This document shows, in pieces, positions 1 to 12,005 of a stretch of DNA of 64,000 nt. A program made the translations under genes and the position numbers. Under the pieces are notes generated by a model that saw nothing but the letters and a program-made list of their open reading frames with translations, had not been told where the DNA came from and searched no databases. The stretch spans positions 90,204-154,203 of the forward strand of contig JAJDXE010000011.1 in NCBI GenBank assembly GCA_022825265.1. Reading direction: 5' to 3'. How positions within the stretch are numbered: position 1 is the first letter of the stretch; each line of letters begins with the position of its first letter. Source of the stretch: Dehalococcoidia bacterium (lineage in GTDB: Bacteria; Chloroflexota; Dehalococcoidia; Bin125).

Positions 1-2202
1 GTCGTGAAGATCCCCCGCTGGCCGTTCGACAAGTTCGAGGCCGGCGACCGCGTGCTGGGCACGCAGATGAAGGCCACCGGCGAGGTGATGGCGATTGATC
101 GCACCTTTGAGGCCGCACTTCAGAAGGCGATTCGGTCTTTGGAGTTCGGCGGTCGCACGGTCCTGTGGGAAGACTCGGAAGCGGAAGCTGAGCCGATCAA
201 GGCCGCCGAGACCCCGACCGACATTCGGCTGTGGCACCTGCTCGGCGCGGTGCGCGCCGATATCTCGCTGGACGAGATAGCCCAGCGCTCCGGTGTCGAT
301 CCCTGGTTCCTGGAGCGACTGGAGACGATCGTCAAGATGGAGCGGCGACTGCTGGCTGAGCCGCTCACTCCGGACCTGATGCGCCGGGCCAAGCGTCTGG
401 GGTTCGCCGACGAGCAGATCGCCAACCTGGCGGGCAGTGTTGACGAACGAATCCGCGAGCAGCGGCTGGCCTGGGGCATCAAGCCCGTCTACAAGATGGT
501 CGACACGTGCGCCGCCGAGTTCGACGCAGTGACGCCATACTTCTACTCGACGTACGAGGTCGAGAACGAGGCCGAGCCGGAACAGGGCAAGCGTGCGCTG
601 GTCGTGGGCTCTGGCCCAATCCGAATCGGCCAGGGTATTGAGTTCGACTACGCCTCGGTCAAAGCTGCGCAGGCCCTGCGCTCGGCCGGCTGGGGCGCGG
701 TGATGGCCAACAGCAACCCGGAGACGGTTTCGACCGACTTCGATACGTCGGACCGCCTCTACTTTGAGCCGCTGGATGAGGAAGCTGTTCGAGACATACT
801 CGAGAACGAGGACGGCGGTCTCAATGGCAATGGCGGCAACGGCGAGGTGGCCTCGATCCTGCAGTTTGGTGGACAGACGGCCATCAACCTCGCCGGACCG
901 TTGACGTCGGCCGCGCGGCCGATCCTCGGCTCGTCGGCTGACGTGATCGACCTGGCAGAGGATCGAAAGCGATTCGAGCGATTTCTCGCCGACCTGGGGA
1001 TCCCTCAACCTCCGGGCACGGCGGTGAGCAGCGTGGACGAAGCGGTGCTGGCCGCCGATGCGATCGGCTATCCGGTGCTGGTGCGCCCGTCCTACGTGCT
1101 CGGTGGCCGAGCGATGGAGATCGTGCAAGGCGTCGGTGATCTCGCTCGCTATGTCACCCAGGCTCAAGCGGCGGCACCCGGCAAGCCGATCCTGATCGAC
1201 AAGTACCTGGCCGGCATCGAGGTCGAGGTCGACGCGATCTGCGGCGGAGTGGACGATGACGCCGTCCTGATCCCCGGGATCATGGAGCACATCGAGCGGG
1301 CCGGCGTGCACTCCGGAGACTCGATGGCGGTTTATCCCGCGCCCAACCTGCGTGAAGGCGAGATCGAGACGCTGATCGAGTACACGCGGCAGATCGGCAT
1401 TGGACTCGGCGTCGCCGGATTGATGAACATTCAGTACGTGATCATGCGCGAGTTAGAGGAACGAGATGGCGATGTGTTCGTGCTCGAGGTCAATCCTCGG
1501 GCCAGCCGCACGGTTCCATTCCTCAGCAAGGTCACCGGCGTGCCGATGGTCGAGGTTGCGGTGCGAGCGATGCTGGGCGAGAAGCTATCGGATCAGGGCT
1601 ATCCCAGCGGCCTCTGGCCATCGACACCGCTGGTCGCCATCAAGGCCCCGGTGTTCTCGATGTCGAAGCTATCCGGCGTTGATACTCACCTCGGTCCGGA
1701 GATGAAGTCGACCGGCGAAGTGATGGGTGTCGATACCGACTACGACAAGGCGCTGAACAAGGCCCTGATTGCAGCTGGGATGGCCGTCCCGGCGAAGGGT
1801 CGTGCGCTGCTCAGCATTGCCGACCAGGACAAGCCGCGCGCCATGACCCTGATTCGAGAACTTGGCGAGGCCGGCTACGAGCTCCATGCCACCGTCGGAA
1901 CCGCGAGCCTGATTCGCGGTCTGGGCTACGAAGTGCACGAAGCGCCCAAGCGTGAGGTTGGTGGCGATCCGGACGTGATCGACCTGATTCGCTCGGGGCA
2001 GATCGACATGGTGATCAACACGCCTGAGCAGATCAGCAGCAACATCCGCGACGGCTTCCACATCCGGCGTGCCGCGGCCGAGCAACGGATTCCCTGTTTC
2101 ACCTCGATTGACACTGCCCACCACGCGGTCGGAGCGATGCTTGAGGGCGGGGCTGACTACCACATTGCTCCGCTGCCCGATTACACCGCGGGACGCGTGT
2201 AG
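1..2202 (+). CDS. carB: Carbamoyl-phosphate synthase large subunit (5' part outside window)
   Basis: KIPRWPFDKF, LGTQMKATGEVM, GSGPIRIGQGIEFDY, RPSYVLGGRAM, EVNPRASRT and a C-terminal MGS-like domain. Confidence 0.98.
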   Translation, partial: VVKIPRWPFDKFEAGDRVLGTQMKATGEVMAIDRTFEAALQKAIRSLEFGGRTVLWEDSEAEAEPIKAAETPTDIRLWHLLGAVRADISLDEIAQRSGVDPWFLERLETIVKMERRLLAEPLTPDLMRRAKRLGFADEQIANLAGSVDERIREQRLAWGIKPVYKMVDTCAAEFDAVTPYFYSTYEVENEAEPEQGKRALVVGSGPIRIGQGIEFDYASVKAAQALRSAGWGAVMANSNPETVSTDFDTSDRLYFEPLDEEAVRDILENEDGGLNGNGGNGEVASILQFGGQTAINLAGPLTSAARPILGSSADVIDLAEDRKRFERFLADLGIPQPPGTAVSSVDEAVLAADAIGYPVLVRPSYVLGGRAMEIVQGVGDLARYVTQAQAAAPGKPILIDKYLAGIEVEVDAICGGVDDDAVLIPGIMEHIERAGVHSGDSMAVYPAPNLREGEIETLIEYTRQIGIGLGVAGLMNIQYVIMRELEERDGDVFVLEVNPRASRTVPFLSKVTGVPMVEVAVRAMLGEKLSDQGYPSGLWPSTPLVAIKAPVFSMSKLSGVDTHLGPEMKSTGEVMGVDTDYDKALNKALIAAGMAVPAKGRALLSIADQDKPRAMTLIRELGEAGYELHATVGTASLIRGLGYEVHEAPKREVGGDPDVIDLIRSGQIDMVINTPEQISSNIRDGFHIRRAAAEQRIPCFTSIDTAHHAVGAMLEGGADYHIAPLPDYTAGRV

Positions 2203-2214
2203 AGAGCTCGTCAG

Positions 2215-3021
2215 TTGCGCCGCGCCGTCGCCCGTGTGATCGAGACCGAGGAAATCTACCCCGGCACGTTTGTCACCTGGTACGACGCGCCCTCGCTGTC
2301 CCAGCATGCGCAGCCGGGACAGTTCGTGATGGTCGACCCCGGTGCGGAGCGCGGCGCGCTCGACCCGTTGCTGCCGCGCGCGTTTTCCTACTACCGCTTC
2401 CGCTATGCCTCGGCCAGGGATGCTGATCGCCAGTTTGCGTTGCTCTACACCGTGATCGGACGTGTCACAGAGCAAATGGCTTCGATGCAACCCGGCGATC
2501 GGGTCTGGATGACTGGTCCGCTTGGTCGAGGGTTCGATGTGCGCCGTTCGGCCTCGAACTTGCTGTTGGTCGGCGGCGGCGTGGGAATCGCGCCATTGGT
2601 GGCGCTGGCGGATGCGGAATCCGAGAAGGCAAGTCGCTCGCGGTCAATCGTGCTCTGTTTCGGCGCTCGCAGCGCTGACGGCGTCTACCCGGCCGAACTG
2701 TTGCCGCCGCAAGTCGAGTACCAGGTCTCGACCGAGGACGGCTCGATGGGTGCAGAGGGCTTCGTCACCGAGCTCTTCGCCGCGAATCTTTCCTGGGCCG
2801 ACCAGACCTTCGCCTGTGGTCCCGTCCCCATGTTTCGGGCGATGTCGCCGATTGTTCGCCGAGACGGCATGAACCGCCCGGTGCAAATCCTGATGGAAAC
2901 CGAAATGGCCTGCGGAACCGGCATTTGCTACGGCTGCGCCGTCTTCACGAAGCGAGGCGTCAAGCTCTGCTGCAAGGACGGTCCGAGGTTCGAGCTGCTG
3001 GACGTGTATCCGAACGGGTGA
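2215..3021 (+). CDS. pyrK: Dihydroorotate dehydrogenase electron-transfer subunit
   Basis: PGQFVM, RAFS FAD motif, GPLGRGF, GGGVGIAP, C-terminal MACGTGICYGC...C 2Fe-2S motif; directly after carB. Confidence 0.9.
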   Translation: MRRAVARVIETEEIYPGTFVTWYDAPSLSQHAQPGQFVMVDPGAERGALDPLLPRAFSYYRFRYASARDADRQFALLYTVIGRVTEQMASMQPGDRVWMTGPLGRGFDVRRSASNLLLVGGGVGIAPLVALADAESEKASRSRSIVLCFGARSADGVYPAELLPPQVEYQVSTEDGSMGAEGFVTELFAANLSWADQTFACGPVPMFRAMSPIVRRDGMNRPVQILMETEMACGTGICYGCAVFTKRGVKLCCKDGPRFELLDVYPNG

Positions 3022-3032
3022 GTTGACTTCCA

Positions 3033-3371
3033 ATGCCGCAGATTCCTGATGGCGGGCTGCGTGGAAATGGTTCTACAGACGACCATCTGTGGAAGCACGG
3101 ACTCGACTACCGGGATGCAGTGGTCGTGTGGGTCGGCCCAGCCAAGTACTTTGAACAGCAAGAAGCAGAGGAAAGCGGCGACGCCGGAAGGCTCCGGGTT
3201 CGGCCCGAACGGACCATCATGATTGGTCCCGATGCCAGTGGACGTCTACTGACATTCATCCTGGAGCTGCCCGACCACCACGAAGAGTCTCACGTCGTGA
3301 CAGGGTGGCCATCAACGATTGGGGAGCAATCCCGTTACCATCAACCAGGAGGAAGGATGCGCCGGACATGA
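3033..3371 (+). CDS. Putative BrnT-like type II toxin
   Basis: HLWKHGLDYRDAVVVW...RTIMIGPDASGRLLTFI...VVTGWP resembles the BrnT/DUF497 pattern; stop overlaps next start (ATGA 3368-3371). Confidence 0.55.
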   Translation: MPQIPDGGLRGNGSTDDHLWKHGLDYRDAVVVWVGPAKYFEQQEAEESGDAGRLRVRPERTIMIGPDASGRLLTFILELPDHHEESHVVTGWPSTIGEQSRYHQPGGRMRRT

Positions 3372-3628
3372 CCACACAAGGTGATGAGTGGCACAGGATG
3401 AATCCGCCGATTGAAGAGGCTGTCGAGATTCCCTACGACCCATCTAAGAGGGGCCCTGGTTCCTTCACCATCGAAGTGAAATTTGACCGCGCAGAGATTG
3501 ATCGGCTCTACAAAGGAATTCCGAGAGGTCCTGTAGGCATCACAAGATTCATCAAGGAAGCGGCTCTGGCTGAAGCGGATCGGCGGGCGGCGGACATTGA
3601 AGCCCAAGAACTCTTGGAGACTGACTAG
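3368..3628 (+). CDS. Putative ribbon-helix-helix (BrnA/CopG-like) antitoxin
   Basis: ATG 3368 with GGAGG upstream, coupled to toxin ORF; TIEVKFDRAEIDRL...ITRFIKEAALAEA resembles RHH. Confidence 0.55.
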   Translation: MTTQGDEWHRMNPPIEEAVEIPYDPSKRGPGSFTIEVKFDRAEIDRLYKGIPRGPVGITRFIKEAALAEADRRAADIEAQELLETD

Positions 3629-3643
3629 CCACGGAGGGTAGTC

Positions 3644-4489
3644 ATGGTCAGTAATGCTCGGTTAGTGCTGGACGAGTTGGTTTTCCCCGAGGGACCTCGA
3701 TGGTTTGAGGGGCGACTGTGGTTCTCCGACATGCATGCGCATGAAGTTGTTGCCGTTACGCCCGACGGCGAGCGAGAGACCATCGTCGAAGTTCCCAATC
3801 AGCCGTCCGGGCTCGGGTTCTTGCCCGACGGACGGCTGCTGATCGTCTCGATGACTGACCGCAAGCTGCTGCGGCTTGATCCAGATGGGCTGTGGGAGGT
3901 GGCAGATATCTCCGACAAGGCGCCCTACCACTGCAACGACATGGTCACCGACGCAGAGGGCAATTCCTACATCGGTAACTTCGGCTTCGACATCACCGAC
4001 GGCTCGCCGCCTCGCGCGACGACGTTGGTGATGGTCACACCCGACGGCGAGTCCTCGGTCGTGGCCGACGGCCTACAGTTTCCCAATGGCACCGTGATCA
4101 CACCCGATGGCAAGACGTTGGTCGTTGCCGAGAGCTGGGGACAGCGGCTGACCGCGTTTGACGTGACTGGCGACGGTTCGCTTTCCAATCAACGCGTCTG
4201 GGCCGACCTGGGATTCCCGCCTGACGGCATCGCTCTCGACGCCGAGGGCGCAATCTGGGTCGCCGTGCCGACCAATCCGGGCGCGCTGGTCAGGGTTGCC
4301 GAGGGTGGAGAGGTACTGGAGCGGATCGAGGTGCCCGACATGGGTGTCTACGCGTGCATGCTGGGCGGCGACGAGCGCAAGACGCTCTTCTCGCTCGAAG
4401 CGCCGACCTCGAATCCGCAACCAGGCGATCCCCGACGCGGCCGAATCCGCGCGTTCGACGTCGAGGTCGGTGGCGCCGGGCTTCCCTAG
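3644..4489 (+). CDS. SMP-30/gluconolactonase/LRE family protein
   Basis: FPEGPRW, CNDMVTD, FPNG, PDGIALDAEG motifs. Confidence 0.93.
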   Translation: MVSNARLVLDELVFPEGPRWFEGRLWFSDMHAHEVVAVTPDGERETIVEVPNQPSGLGFLPDGRLLIVSMTDRKLLRLDPDGLWEVADISDKAPYHCNDMVTDAEGNSYIGNFGFDITDGSPPRATTLVMVTPDGESSVVADGLQFPNGTVITPDGKTLVVAESWGQRLTAFDVTGDGSLSNQRVWADLGFPPDGIALDAEGAIWVAVPTNPGALVRVAEGGEVLERIEVPDMGVYACMLGGDERKTLFSLEAPTSNPQPGDPRRGRIRAFDVEVGGAGLP

Positions 4490-4503
4490 CGCTTCTGCAT
4501 GTC

Positions 4504-5067
4504 ATGACCAAGGTCGAGCTACGACGCAAACTGCGGAAGATTCGCGCGGGACTGCCGACGGAGCTGGTTGATGGCTGGTCGGCGGCGATTGCGGCTCGCT
4601 TAACCTCGCTCGAAGTCTTCCAGCGCGCCGAGGTGCTGCATTGCTACGCAAGTTCCTTGCCGGGCGAGGTCGGCACCGATCAGCTCATTGTTCGCGCCAT
4701 AAACCAGCGGATGAAGGTCATCTGTCCACGGGTCCGTCCGCACGGACAGCTTGAGCACCGCGAGATTTCACATCCGTCTCAACTCGTCGAGGCGGCATTC
4801 GGATTGCGTGAGCCGGATCCCGAAGTTGCATCTCCGGTTGATCCACGGCTGGCAGATTTGATTGTGGTACCGGGAATCGCTTTCACGCAGGATGGGAGGC
4901 GCCTGGGCATGGGAGGCGGGTACTACGATCGCTTCCTGGCCGACCATTCTGCACCGCGCATCGGCCTGGCTTACGAGTTGCAGTTGTTGGACACTTTGCC
5001 TCGCTCGGAGCACGACCAACCGGTCGATTTGATCGTGACCGAATTGCGAGTGATCCGGTGTCGGTGA
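4504..5067 (+). CDS. 5-formyltetrahydrofolate cyclo-ligase
   Basis: KVELRRKLR N-terminus, VPGIAF..GRRLGMGGGYYDRFL, EHDQPVD; start re-called to ATG 4504. Confidence 0.93.
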   Translation: MTKVELRRKLRKIRAGLPTELVDGWSAAIAARLTSLEVFQRAEVLHCYASSLPGEVGTDQLIVRAINQRMKVICPRVRPHGQLEHREISHPSQLVEAAFGLREPDPEVASPVDPRLADLIVVPGIAFTQDGRRLGMGGGYYDRFLADHSAPRIGLAYELQLLDTLPRSEHDQPVDLIVTELRVIRCR

Positions 5068-5516
5068 TTCGCTGGCTGCCGAGGCGCCGGACGGCCGTCT
5101 TCCATGCTGTGACGACACGCGACGAACTCGAGGGAGCCTTCGCGCAGATGTATCCCGGGATCTGGGATGCGCTGCAGGAGCAGGGTCCACCCGAGCTTGG
5201 AGAGGTCGTTGCTGTCTACCACTCGATCGGCGAGGGCGAGCTGGTGCTCTCGGCTGGGATGGAGGTCGGCGACGACTTTGAGCCGGCCGAGCCGCTGGCG
5301 TTACTCGAACTGGGTGGATGCGAGGCAGGCATGATCGATCACTTCGGCCCGTACCTGTTCGAAGACTTCCGCCGTACCCAGACGGACCTGGAGACAGAGC
5401 TCGCGGCTCAGGGTCGAACGCCAGCCGGAATGGTGATCGAGCGCTACTTGACGATGCCTGCAGCAGAACCCGACCAGTCGAAGTGGCACACGGAGCTCTG
5501 GCTGCCCTTGGCCTAG
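5058..5516 (+). CDS. GyrI-like (AraC effector-binding) small-molecule-binding protein, copy 1
   Basis: HFGPY...IERYLT..P..W.TE pattern; start may be GTG 5064. Confidence 0.8.
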   Translation: MSVIRWLPRRRTAVFHAVTTRDELEGAFAQMYPGIWDALQEQGPPELGEVVAVYHSIGEGELVLSAGMEVGDDFEPAEPLALLELGGCEAGMIDHFGPYLFEDFRRTQTDLETELAAQGRTPAGMVIERYLTMPAAEPDQSKWHTELWLPLA

Positions 5517-5551
5517 CATTTGACTGAATCAAGTGAGCGAGAGGAATCCCG

Positions 5552-6004
5552 ATGCCAGAAATCATCCAGCTGCCAGCTCGGCGCGCCGCCGTGATGCACG
5601 CAACTGCATCAACCGAGGAATTGCCCGAGACCTTCGCTCGGATTTTTCCGGCGGTCTTCGCTGCGCTGACCGAGCAAGGCGTCACTGACATGGGTCATGT
5701 GATCGCCGTCTATCACACGATGGATGCCAACCAGATGGAGCTATCCGCCGGAATTGAGATCGGCGACGGTGTGGAGCCGGCTGAGCCGCTCGAGCTTTGT
5801 GAGTTGCCCGCCTGCGACGCGATCAAGGCCGACCACTACGGTCCCTATGACGAGCTCTACCAGACGCACGAATCGATCTGGCCCATGGTCGAGGAACTGG
5901 GTCGCGCGCCGATTAGCGGTCCGATCGAGCGTTACATCACCGATCCTGAGGCTGAGCCGGACCCGTCCAAGTGGCACACCGAGATCTTGCTGCCACTGCA
6001 ATGA
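5552..6004 (+). CDS. GyrI-like small-molecule-binding protein, copy 2
   Basis: HYGPYDEL, PIERYITDPEAEPDPSKWHTEI; paralogue of upstream gene; RBS GAGGA. Confidence 0.88.
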   Translation: MPEIIQLPARRAAVMHATASTEELPETFARIFPAVFAALTEQGVTDMGHVIAVYHTMDANQMELSAGIEIGDGVEPAEPLELCELPACDAIKADHYGPYDELYQTHESIWPMVEELGRAPISGPIERYITDPEAEPDPSKWHTEILLPLQ

Positions 6005-6077
6005 CGAATGGGCGGAGGCGAGAAAGGGGCGACCAAAAGGGGTGCCCTGGCGCGTGTCCTGAACTCGGTGGTGTGTG

Positions 6078-6152
6078 TGGAGCGGGGGACGGGATTCGAA
6101 CCCGCGGCCACCTGCTTGGAAGGCAGGAGCTCTACCCCTGAGCTACCCCCGC
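6078..6152 (-). tRNA. tRNA-Gly (anticodon TCC)
   Basis: Reverse complement folds as a cloverleaf: acceptor GCGGGGG/CCCCCGC, anticodon stem CCTGC/GCAGG with loop CTTCCAA, TTCGAAT T-loop, discriminator T, encoded CCA. Confidence 0.97.
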
Positions 6153-6172
6153 GCGCTCATCAGCTTAGCGCG

Positions 6173-6205
6173 CAAGCGGCCGGTCCGATGAAGACCGGCC
6201 GCTTG
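6173..6205. terminator. 13-bp-stem hairpin between sigma gene and tRNA
   Basis: CAAGCGGCCGGTC-N7-GACCGGCCGCTTG; no clear U-tract. Confidence 0.5.
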
Positions 6206-6210
6206 GTTGG

Positions 6211-7833
<1,623 letters not shown>

Positions 7834-8074
7834 CCGATCCCCCTTTCTCTCAGTGCTACCGCGCTCGCCCGGTGCTCCGTGCACCAGCGAACCAGCGCGC
7901 TTAACGACAGTACGGAAATGAACATAGATTTGTTCCCGATCACAAGGGCGACTGCAATCCGGTGTACGCCGAGCATGCGTCCAGCGTGACGCGGGCAGCG
8001 CCAACGTCTACCAGTGACAGATGAGATGTGTTGCGGGCGACTGAGTCGCGGTCAGTCGCTCCATGCGTGTGCGG

Positions 8075-8674
8075 TTAATCCGCCAGGACGGCCGTTGCCG
8101 TTGCCGCTCGAGCCGGCGCATGACGCACATCGTCGGGCCGCATCGCGCGCGTCCAGGCAGCGAACTCGAGCATGATTCCGTCGGGATCGTAGAAGTAAAC
8201 GGAGCGCACGAAGACGCCGGGATGGTTCTCCCGCGCGATACCGCGCTCCGAGTCGTCGTGGTTCAGGATCGGTGTGCAACGCACCCCGGCCGCGATCAGC
8301 CGGTCGCGCATTTCCTCGATCTCGTCCGGATCCACGTCGAAGGCTACGTGATTCATCGACGCGATGGCCGTGACGAGTTCAGCGGAGGGATCGAAGAACG
8401 TGTTCGGGTCCGGCGAGGCGACGCCGGGCGCGGGCTCTGGCGCGTTGGGGAAGTTGAAGAAGGCGAGACAGTCGTTGTTGCCGATGTCGAAAAAGAAGTG
8501 CTGGCCCATGTCGCCGGGCAGCTCAATTGTCTTGACCAGCGGGAAGCCCAGCACCCCCTCGTAGAAATCCACCGTGCGCTGCATGTCGCGACAGACGAGG
8601 GCGAGATGGTTGATGCCGCCGACGTTGAATTTGCCGACTCGGTTCTTGACCGGCTGCTCGTTGGTGGTCGTCAT
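8075..8674 (-). CDS. VOC/glyoxalase family protein
   Basis: [29 protein letters not shown]; start ATG 8674 with AGGAG. Confidence 0.92.
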   Translation of the reverse strand: MTTTNEQPVKNRVGKFNVGGINHLALVCRDMQRTVDFYEGVLGFPLVKTIELPGDMGQHFFFDIGNNDCLAFFNFPNAPEPAPGVASPDPNTFFDPSAELVTAIASMNHVAFDVDPDEIEEMRDRLIAAGVRCTPILNHDDSERGIARENHPGVFVRSVYFYDPDGIMLEFAAWTRAMRPDDVRHAPARAATATAVLAD

Positions 8675-8814
8675 TGATCCTGCTCCTCGCCGATGTGCGG
8701 AGTCCAAGGATACGCTTCCGAGCTGGATGTCGCGCGGGACATACGCAGGGGCCACTTCTTATCGACTCGGTTACTTGCGATATCAAAATATTCTATCGTG
8801 CCTATCGAGAACTA

Positions 8815-8842
8815 TTGACGATGCCCGCATCTTCCTTACCTT
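8815..8842 (+). promoter_or_regulatory. Candidate sigma-70 promoter of aceBA
   Basis: TTGACG-N16-TACCTT in the AT-rich divergent intergenic region. Confidence 0.45.
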
Positions 8843-8951
8843 AATCCAACGTTCACAAACGATACTTCCTGTTGGTATCCACGACCTTCGTGAGAGGCCG
8901 CTGAATCCAACAGGGCGGCAGAAAGACCGCGAGCAGAGACCGAGCATACAC

Positions 8952-10547
8952 ATGACCCAGACCAGCGAGATCAGTGCACCCGACGGAGTGGAAGTCGTCG
9001 GCGCTCTCCAGGAGGGCTTCGACGAGATCCTGACCGCAGAGGCGCTCGCCTTTGTCGCGGGCCTGCACCGAGAGTTCGATGCTCGCCGCCGCGAGCTGTT
9101 GGCCCGCCGGATGGAGCGCCAGGTCGAGTTCGACAACGGCGCGCTGCCCGACTTCCTCTCCGACACCGAAGAGATCCGCTTCAGTTCCTGGCAGGTCGCG
9201 CCGACCCCCGAGGATTTGCAGCAGCGTTGGGCCGAGATCACCGGGCCTGTCGACCGCAAGATGATGATTGGCGCCCTGAACTCGGGCGCCGACGCGTTTA
9301 TGGCCGACTTCGAGGACGCGCTCTCGCCGACCTGGGACAACATCGTCAACGGTCAGATCAACGCGCGCGACGCCGTCCGCCGCGAGATCACGTTTGAGAA
9401 CCCCGACGGCTCGGTTCGCAGCCTGAACGAGAAGATTGCGACGCTGCTGATCCGTCCGCGCGGCTGGCACCTGGACGAGAAGCACGTGTTGGTCGATGGC
9501 GAGCCGATTTCCGCCTCGCTGTTCGACTTCGGCATGTACATGTTCCACAACGCCGCCGAGCGGGTCGCCCGCGGGACCGGACCTTACTTCTACCTGCCCA
9601 AGCTGGAGTCGCATCTCGAGGCGCGGCTCTGGAACGACGCCTTCGTCAAGGCGCAGGACGATCTCGGCGTGCCCCAGGGCAGCGTGCGTGCAACCGTCTT
9701 GATCGAGACGCTGCCGGCCGCGTTCGAGATGGAAGAAATCCTCTACGAGCTGCGCAACCACTCGGCCGGGCTCAACGCCGGGCGCTGGGACTACATTTTC
9801 TCGGCGGTCAAGCGATTCAAGACGCAGCCGACATTCACCCTGCCCGACCGCGTGCAGGTGACGATGACGACTCCGTTCATGCGCGCTTACACCGAGCTGC
9901 TGGTGCGCACCTGCCACAAGCGCGGCGCGCACGCGATGGGCGGCATGGCCGCCTTCATTCCTTCGCGCCGTGACCCTGAAATCAACGAAGTGGCCCTGAC
10001 CGGTGTGCGCGCCGACAAGGAGCGCGAATCGACCGACGGCTTCGACGGCACCTGGGTCGCCCACCCCGACCTGGTTTCCGTCGCGCGCGACATCTTCGAG
10101 AAGAACCTCAACGGCGCGCGCAACCAGCGTGAGCGCATGCGCGAGGACGTCGAAGTCAGCGCGGGCGAGCTGGTCTCGCTGGACGAATCCGGCGGCACCG
10201 TCTCTGAGGCAGGATTGCGGGCGAACATCTCGGTGGCGCTGCAGTACATCAACAGCTGGCTCAACGGTGTGGGCGCGGCGGGGATCAACAACCTGATGGA
10301 GGACGCCGCGACGGCGGAGATTTCCCGCGGCCAGATCTGGCAGTGGATTCGCCACGAGGCGGAACTCGACGACGGCCGAGCCGTCACCAGTGAGCTGTAC
10401 GAATCGCTGCGCGACGAGGAGCTCGCATCGCTGGGCGGCTCCGGGGAATCGCGCTACGGCGACGCGGTTGAGATTCTCGACCAACTGGTGCTCAACGACG
10501 AGTTCACCGAGTTCCTCACGCTGCCCGCATATGAGTATCTCGACTAG
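8952..10547 (+). CDS. aceB: Malate synthase A
   Basis: [59 protein letters not shown]; start re-called to ATG 8952. Confidence 0.97.
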   Translation: MTQTSEISAPDGVEVVGALQEGFDEILTAEALAFVAGLHREFDARRRELLARRMERQVEFDNGALPDFLSDTEEIRFSSWQVAPTPEDLQQRWAEITGPVDRKMMIGALNSGADAFMADFEDALSPTWDNIVNGQINARDAVRREITFENPDGSVRSLNEKIATLLIRPRGWHLDEKHVLVDGEPISASLFDFGMYMFHNAAERVARGTGPYFYLPKLESHLEARLWNDAFVKAQDDLGVPQGSVRATVLIETLPAAFEMEEILYELRNHSAGLNAGRWDYIFSAVKRFKTQPTFTLPDRVQVTMTTPFMRAYTELLVRTCHKRGAHAMGGMAAFIPSRRDPEINEVALTGVRADKERESTDGFDGTWVAHPDLVSVARDIFEKNLNGARNQRERMREDVEVSAGELVSLDESGGTVSEAGLRANISVALQYINSWLNGVGAAGINNLMEDAATAEISRGQIWQWIRHEAELDDGRAVTSELYESLRDEELASLGGSGESRYGDAVEILDQLVLNDEFTEFLTLPAYEYLD

Positions 10548-10667
10548 ACGTACGGCACGAAACGGGACAGAGTGAGCGAATCCCCAACCACAGGCATCAC
10601 GGCTTGACAGCCGCAACGACGTGACCCGACGCCACGGATCGGACACGGACAGCCACGGAGGACCCAG

Positions 10668-11996
10668 ATGACGACGAACGGCACGAACGGGACCGGCAAC
10701 CCCCACGACAGCGCCGCCTCCTCACTCGAGCACGAGTGGGCGACGAATCCGCGCTGGGCGGGAGTACAGCGGAACTATTCCGCCGCCGACGTCCTGAAGC
10801 TGCGCCCCTCGCTGCTGCCCGAGTCGACGATCGCGCGCTACGGCGCCGAGCGGCTCTGGAACGCGATGCAGGAAACCGACTTCGTCCGTACCTTCGGCGC
10901 CGTCACCGGCGCACAGGCGGTGCAGATGGCCAAGGCCGGCCTGCAGTCGATCTACGTCTCCGGCTGGCAGGTCGCGGCCGACGCGAACACCGCCGCCCAC
11001 ACGTACCCTGACCAGTCGCTCTACCCGGTCAACAGCGTGCCCTCGCTGGTCAAGCGACTGAACAACGCGTTGATGCGCGCCGACCAGGTCGACCGCCTGG
11101 AGGACCGCGCCAGCGTCGACTACTACCTGCCGATTGTGGCCGACGCCGAGGCCGGTTTCGGTGGTCCGATCCACGCCTTCGAGCTGATGCGCAATATGAT
11201 CGAGTCGGGCGCCGCCGGCGTCCACTACGAGGACCAGCTTGCCGCAGAGAAGAAGTGCGGTCACATGGGCGGCAAGGTGCTGGTCCCGACGGCGCAGCAC
11301 GTCCGTACGCTGCAGGCCGCCCGGCTCGCCGCCGACGTGATGAACGTTCCGACGATCCTGATGGCCCGCACCGACGCGCTCTCGGCCACGCTGATGACCA
11401 CCGACATCGACGAGCGCGACCGCCCGTTCACGACCGGAGAGCGCACCGCTGAGGGCTACTTCGGCGTCACGGGCGGGATCGACTCGGCCATCGCCCGCGG
11501 ACTCGCCTTCGCTCCGCACGCGGACCTGATCTGGTGCGAGACCTCGGTGCCCGACATCGGTGAGGCACGCGACTTCGCCCAGGCGCTGCACGCCGAGTAC
11601 CCGAACAAGATGCTCGCCTACAACTGCTCACCCTCGTTCAACTGGAAGCGTCACCTTGACGACGCCACCATTGCGAACTTCCAGGAGCAGTTGGCGGACA
11701 TGGGCTACCGCTTCCAGTTCATCACCCTGGCCGGTTGGCACGGGATCAACTACCACACCTTCAACCTCGCCAGCGGCTACCGCGACCGCGGGATGGCTGC
11801 CTACGTCGAGCTGCAGGAAGGCGAGTTCGAGGCCGAGGCCCAGGGCTACACGGCGACCAAGCACCAGCGCGAAGCGGGCACGTCCTACTTCGACGAGATC
11901 CTGCTCACCGTCACCGGCGGCGACGCCGCGACCACCGCCCTCAGCGGCAGCACCGAGGCCGCTCAGTTCAGCGAGGAAACGGTCGGCGCTCACTAA
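10668..11996 (+). CDS. aceA: Isocitrate lyase
   Basis: Signature [30 protein letters not shown]. Confidence 0.98.
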   Translation: MTTNGTNGTGNPHDSAASSLEHEWATNPRWAGVQRNYSAADVLKLRPSLLPESTIARYGAERLWNAMQETDFVRTFGAVTGAQAVQMAKAGLQSIYVSGWQVAADANTAAHTYPDQSLYPVNSVPSLVKRLNNALMRADQVDRLEDRASVDYYLPIVADAEAGFGGPIHAFELMRNMIESGAAGVHYEDQLAAEKKCGHMGGKVLVPTAQHVRTLQAARLAADVMNVPTILMARTDALSATLMTTDIDERDRPFTTGERTAEGYFGVTGGIDSAIARGLAFAPHADLIWCETSVPDIGEARDFAQALHAEYPNKMLAYNCSPSFNWKRHLDDATIANFQEQLADMGYRFQFITLAGWHGINYHTFNLASGYRDRGMAAYVELQEGEFEAEAQGYTATKHQREAGTSYFDEILLTVTGGDAATTALSGSTEAAQFSEETVGAH

Positions 11997-12005
11997 ACTC
12001 ACTGC

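Noticed and set aside
4490-4503. 6S RNA upstream of the 5-formyl-THF cyclo-ligase
   Set aside because: Only 14 nt separate it from the preceding gene.
6078-6152. tRNA-Gly as integration site of an island
   Set aside because: No integrase nearby and I found no duplicated tRNA 3' end in the window.
7918-7937. LexA box upstream of the sigma gene (GAAC-ATAGATTT-GTTC)
   Set aside because: Spacer is 8 nt, not 4; may be another operator or chance.
10548-10667. CACGG repeats in the aceB-aceA spacer
   Set aside because: Short, irregularly spaced and expected by chance at this GC content.
8853-10706. Long antisense and alternative-frame ORFs (e.g. 8853-10706, 14646-15986, 46267-47499, 54998-56503, 57609-58820)
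   Set aside because: Shadow ORFs typical of high-GC DNA that overlap well-supported genes and show no motifs.
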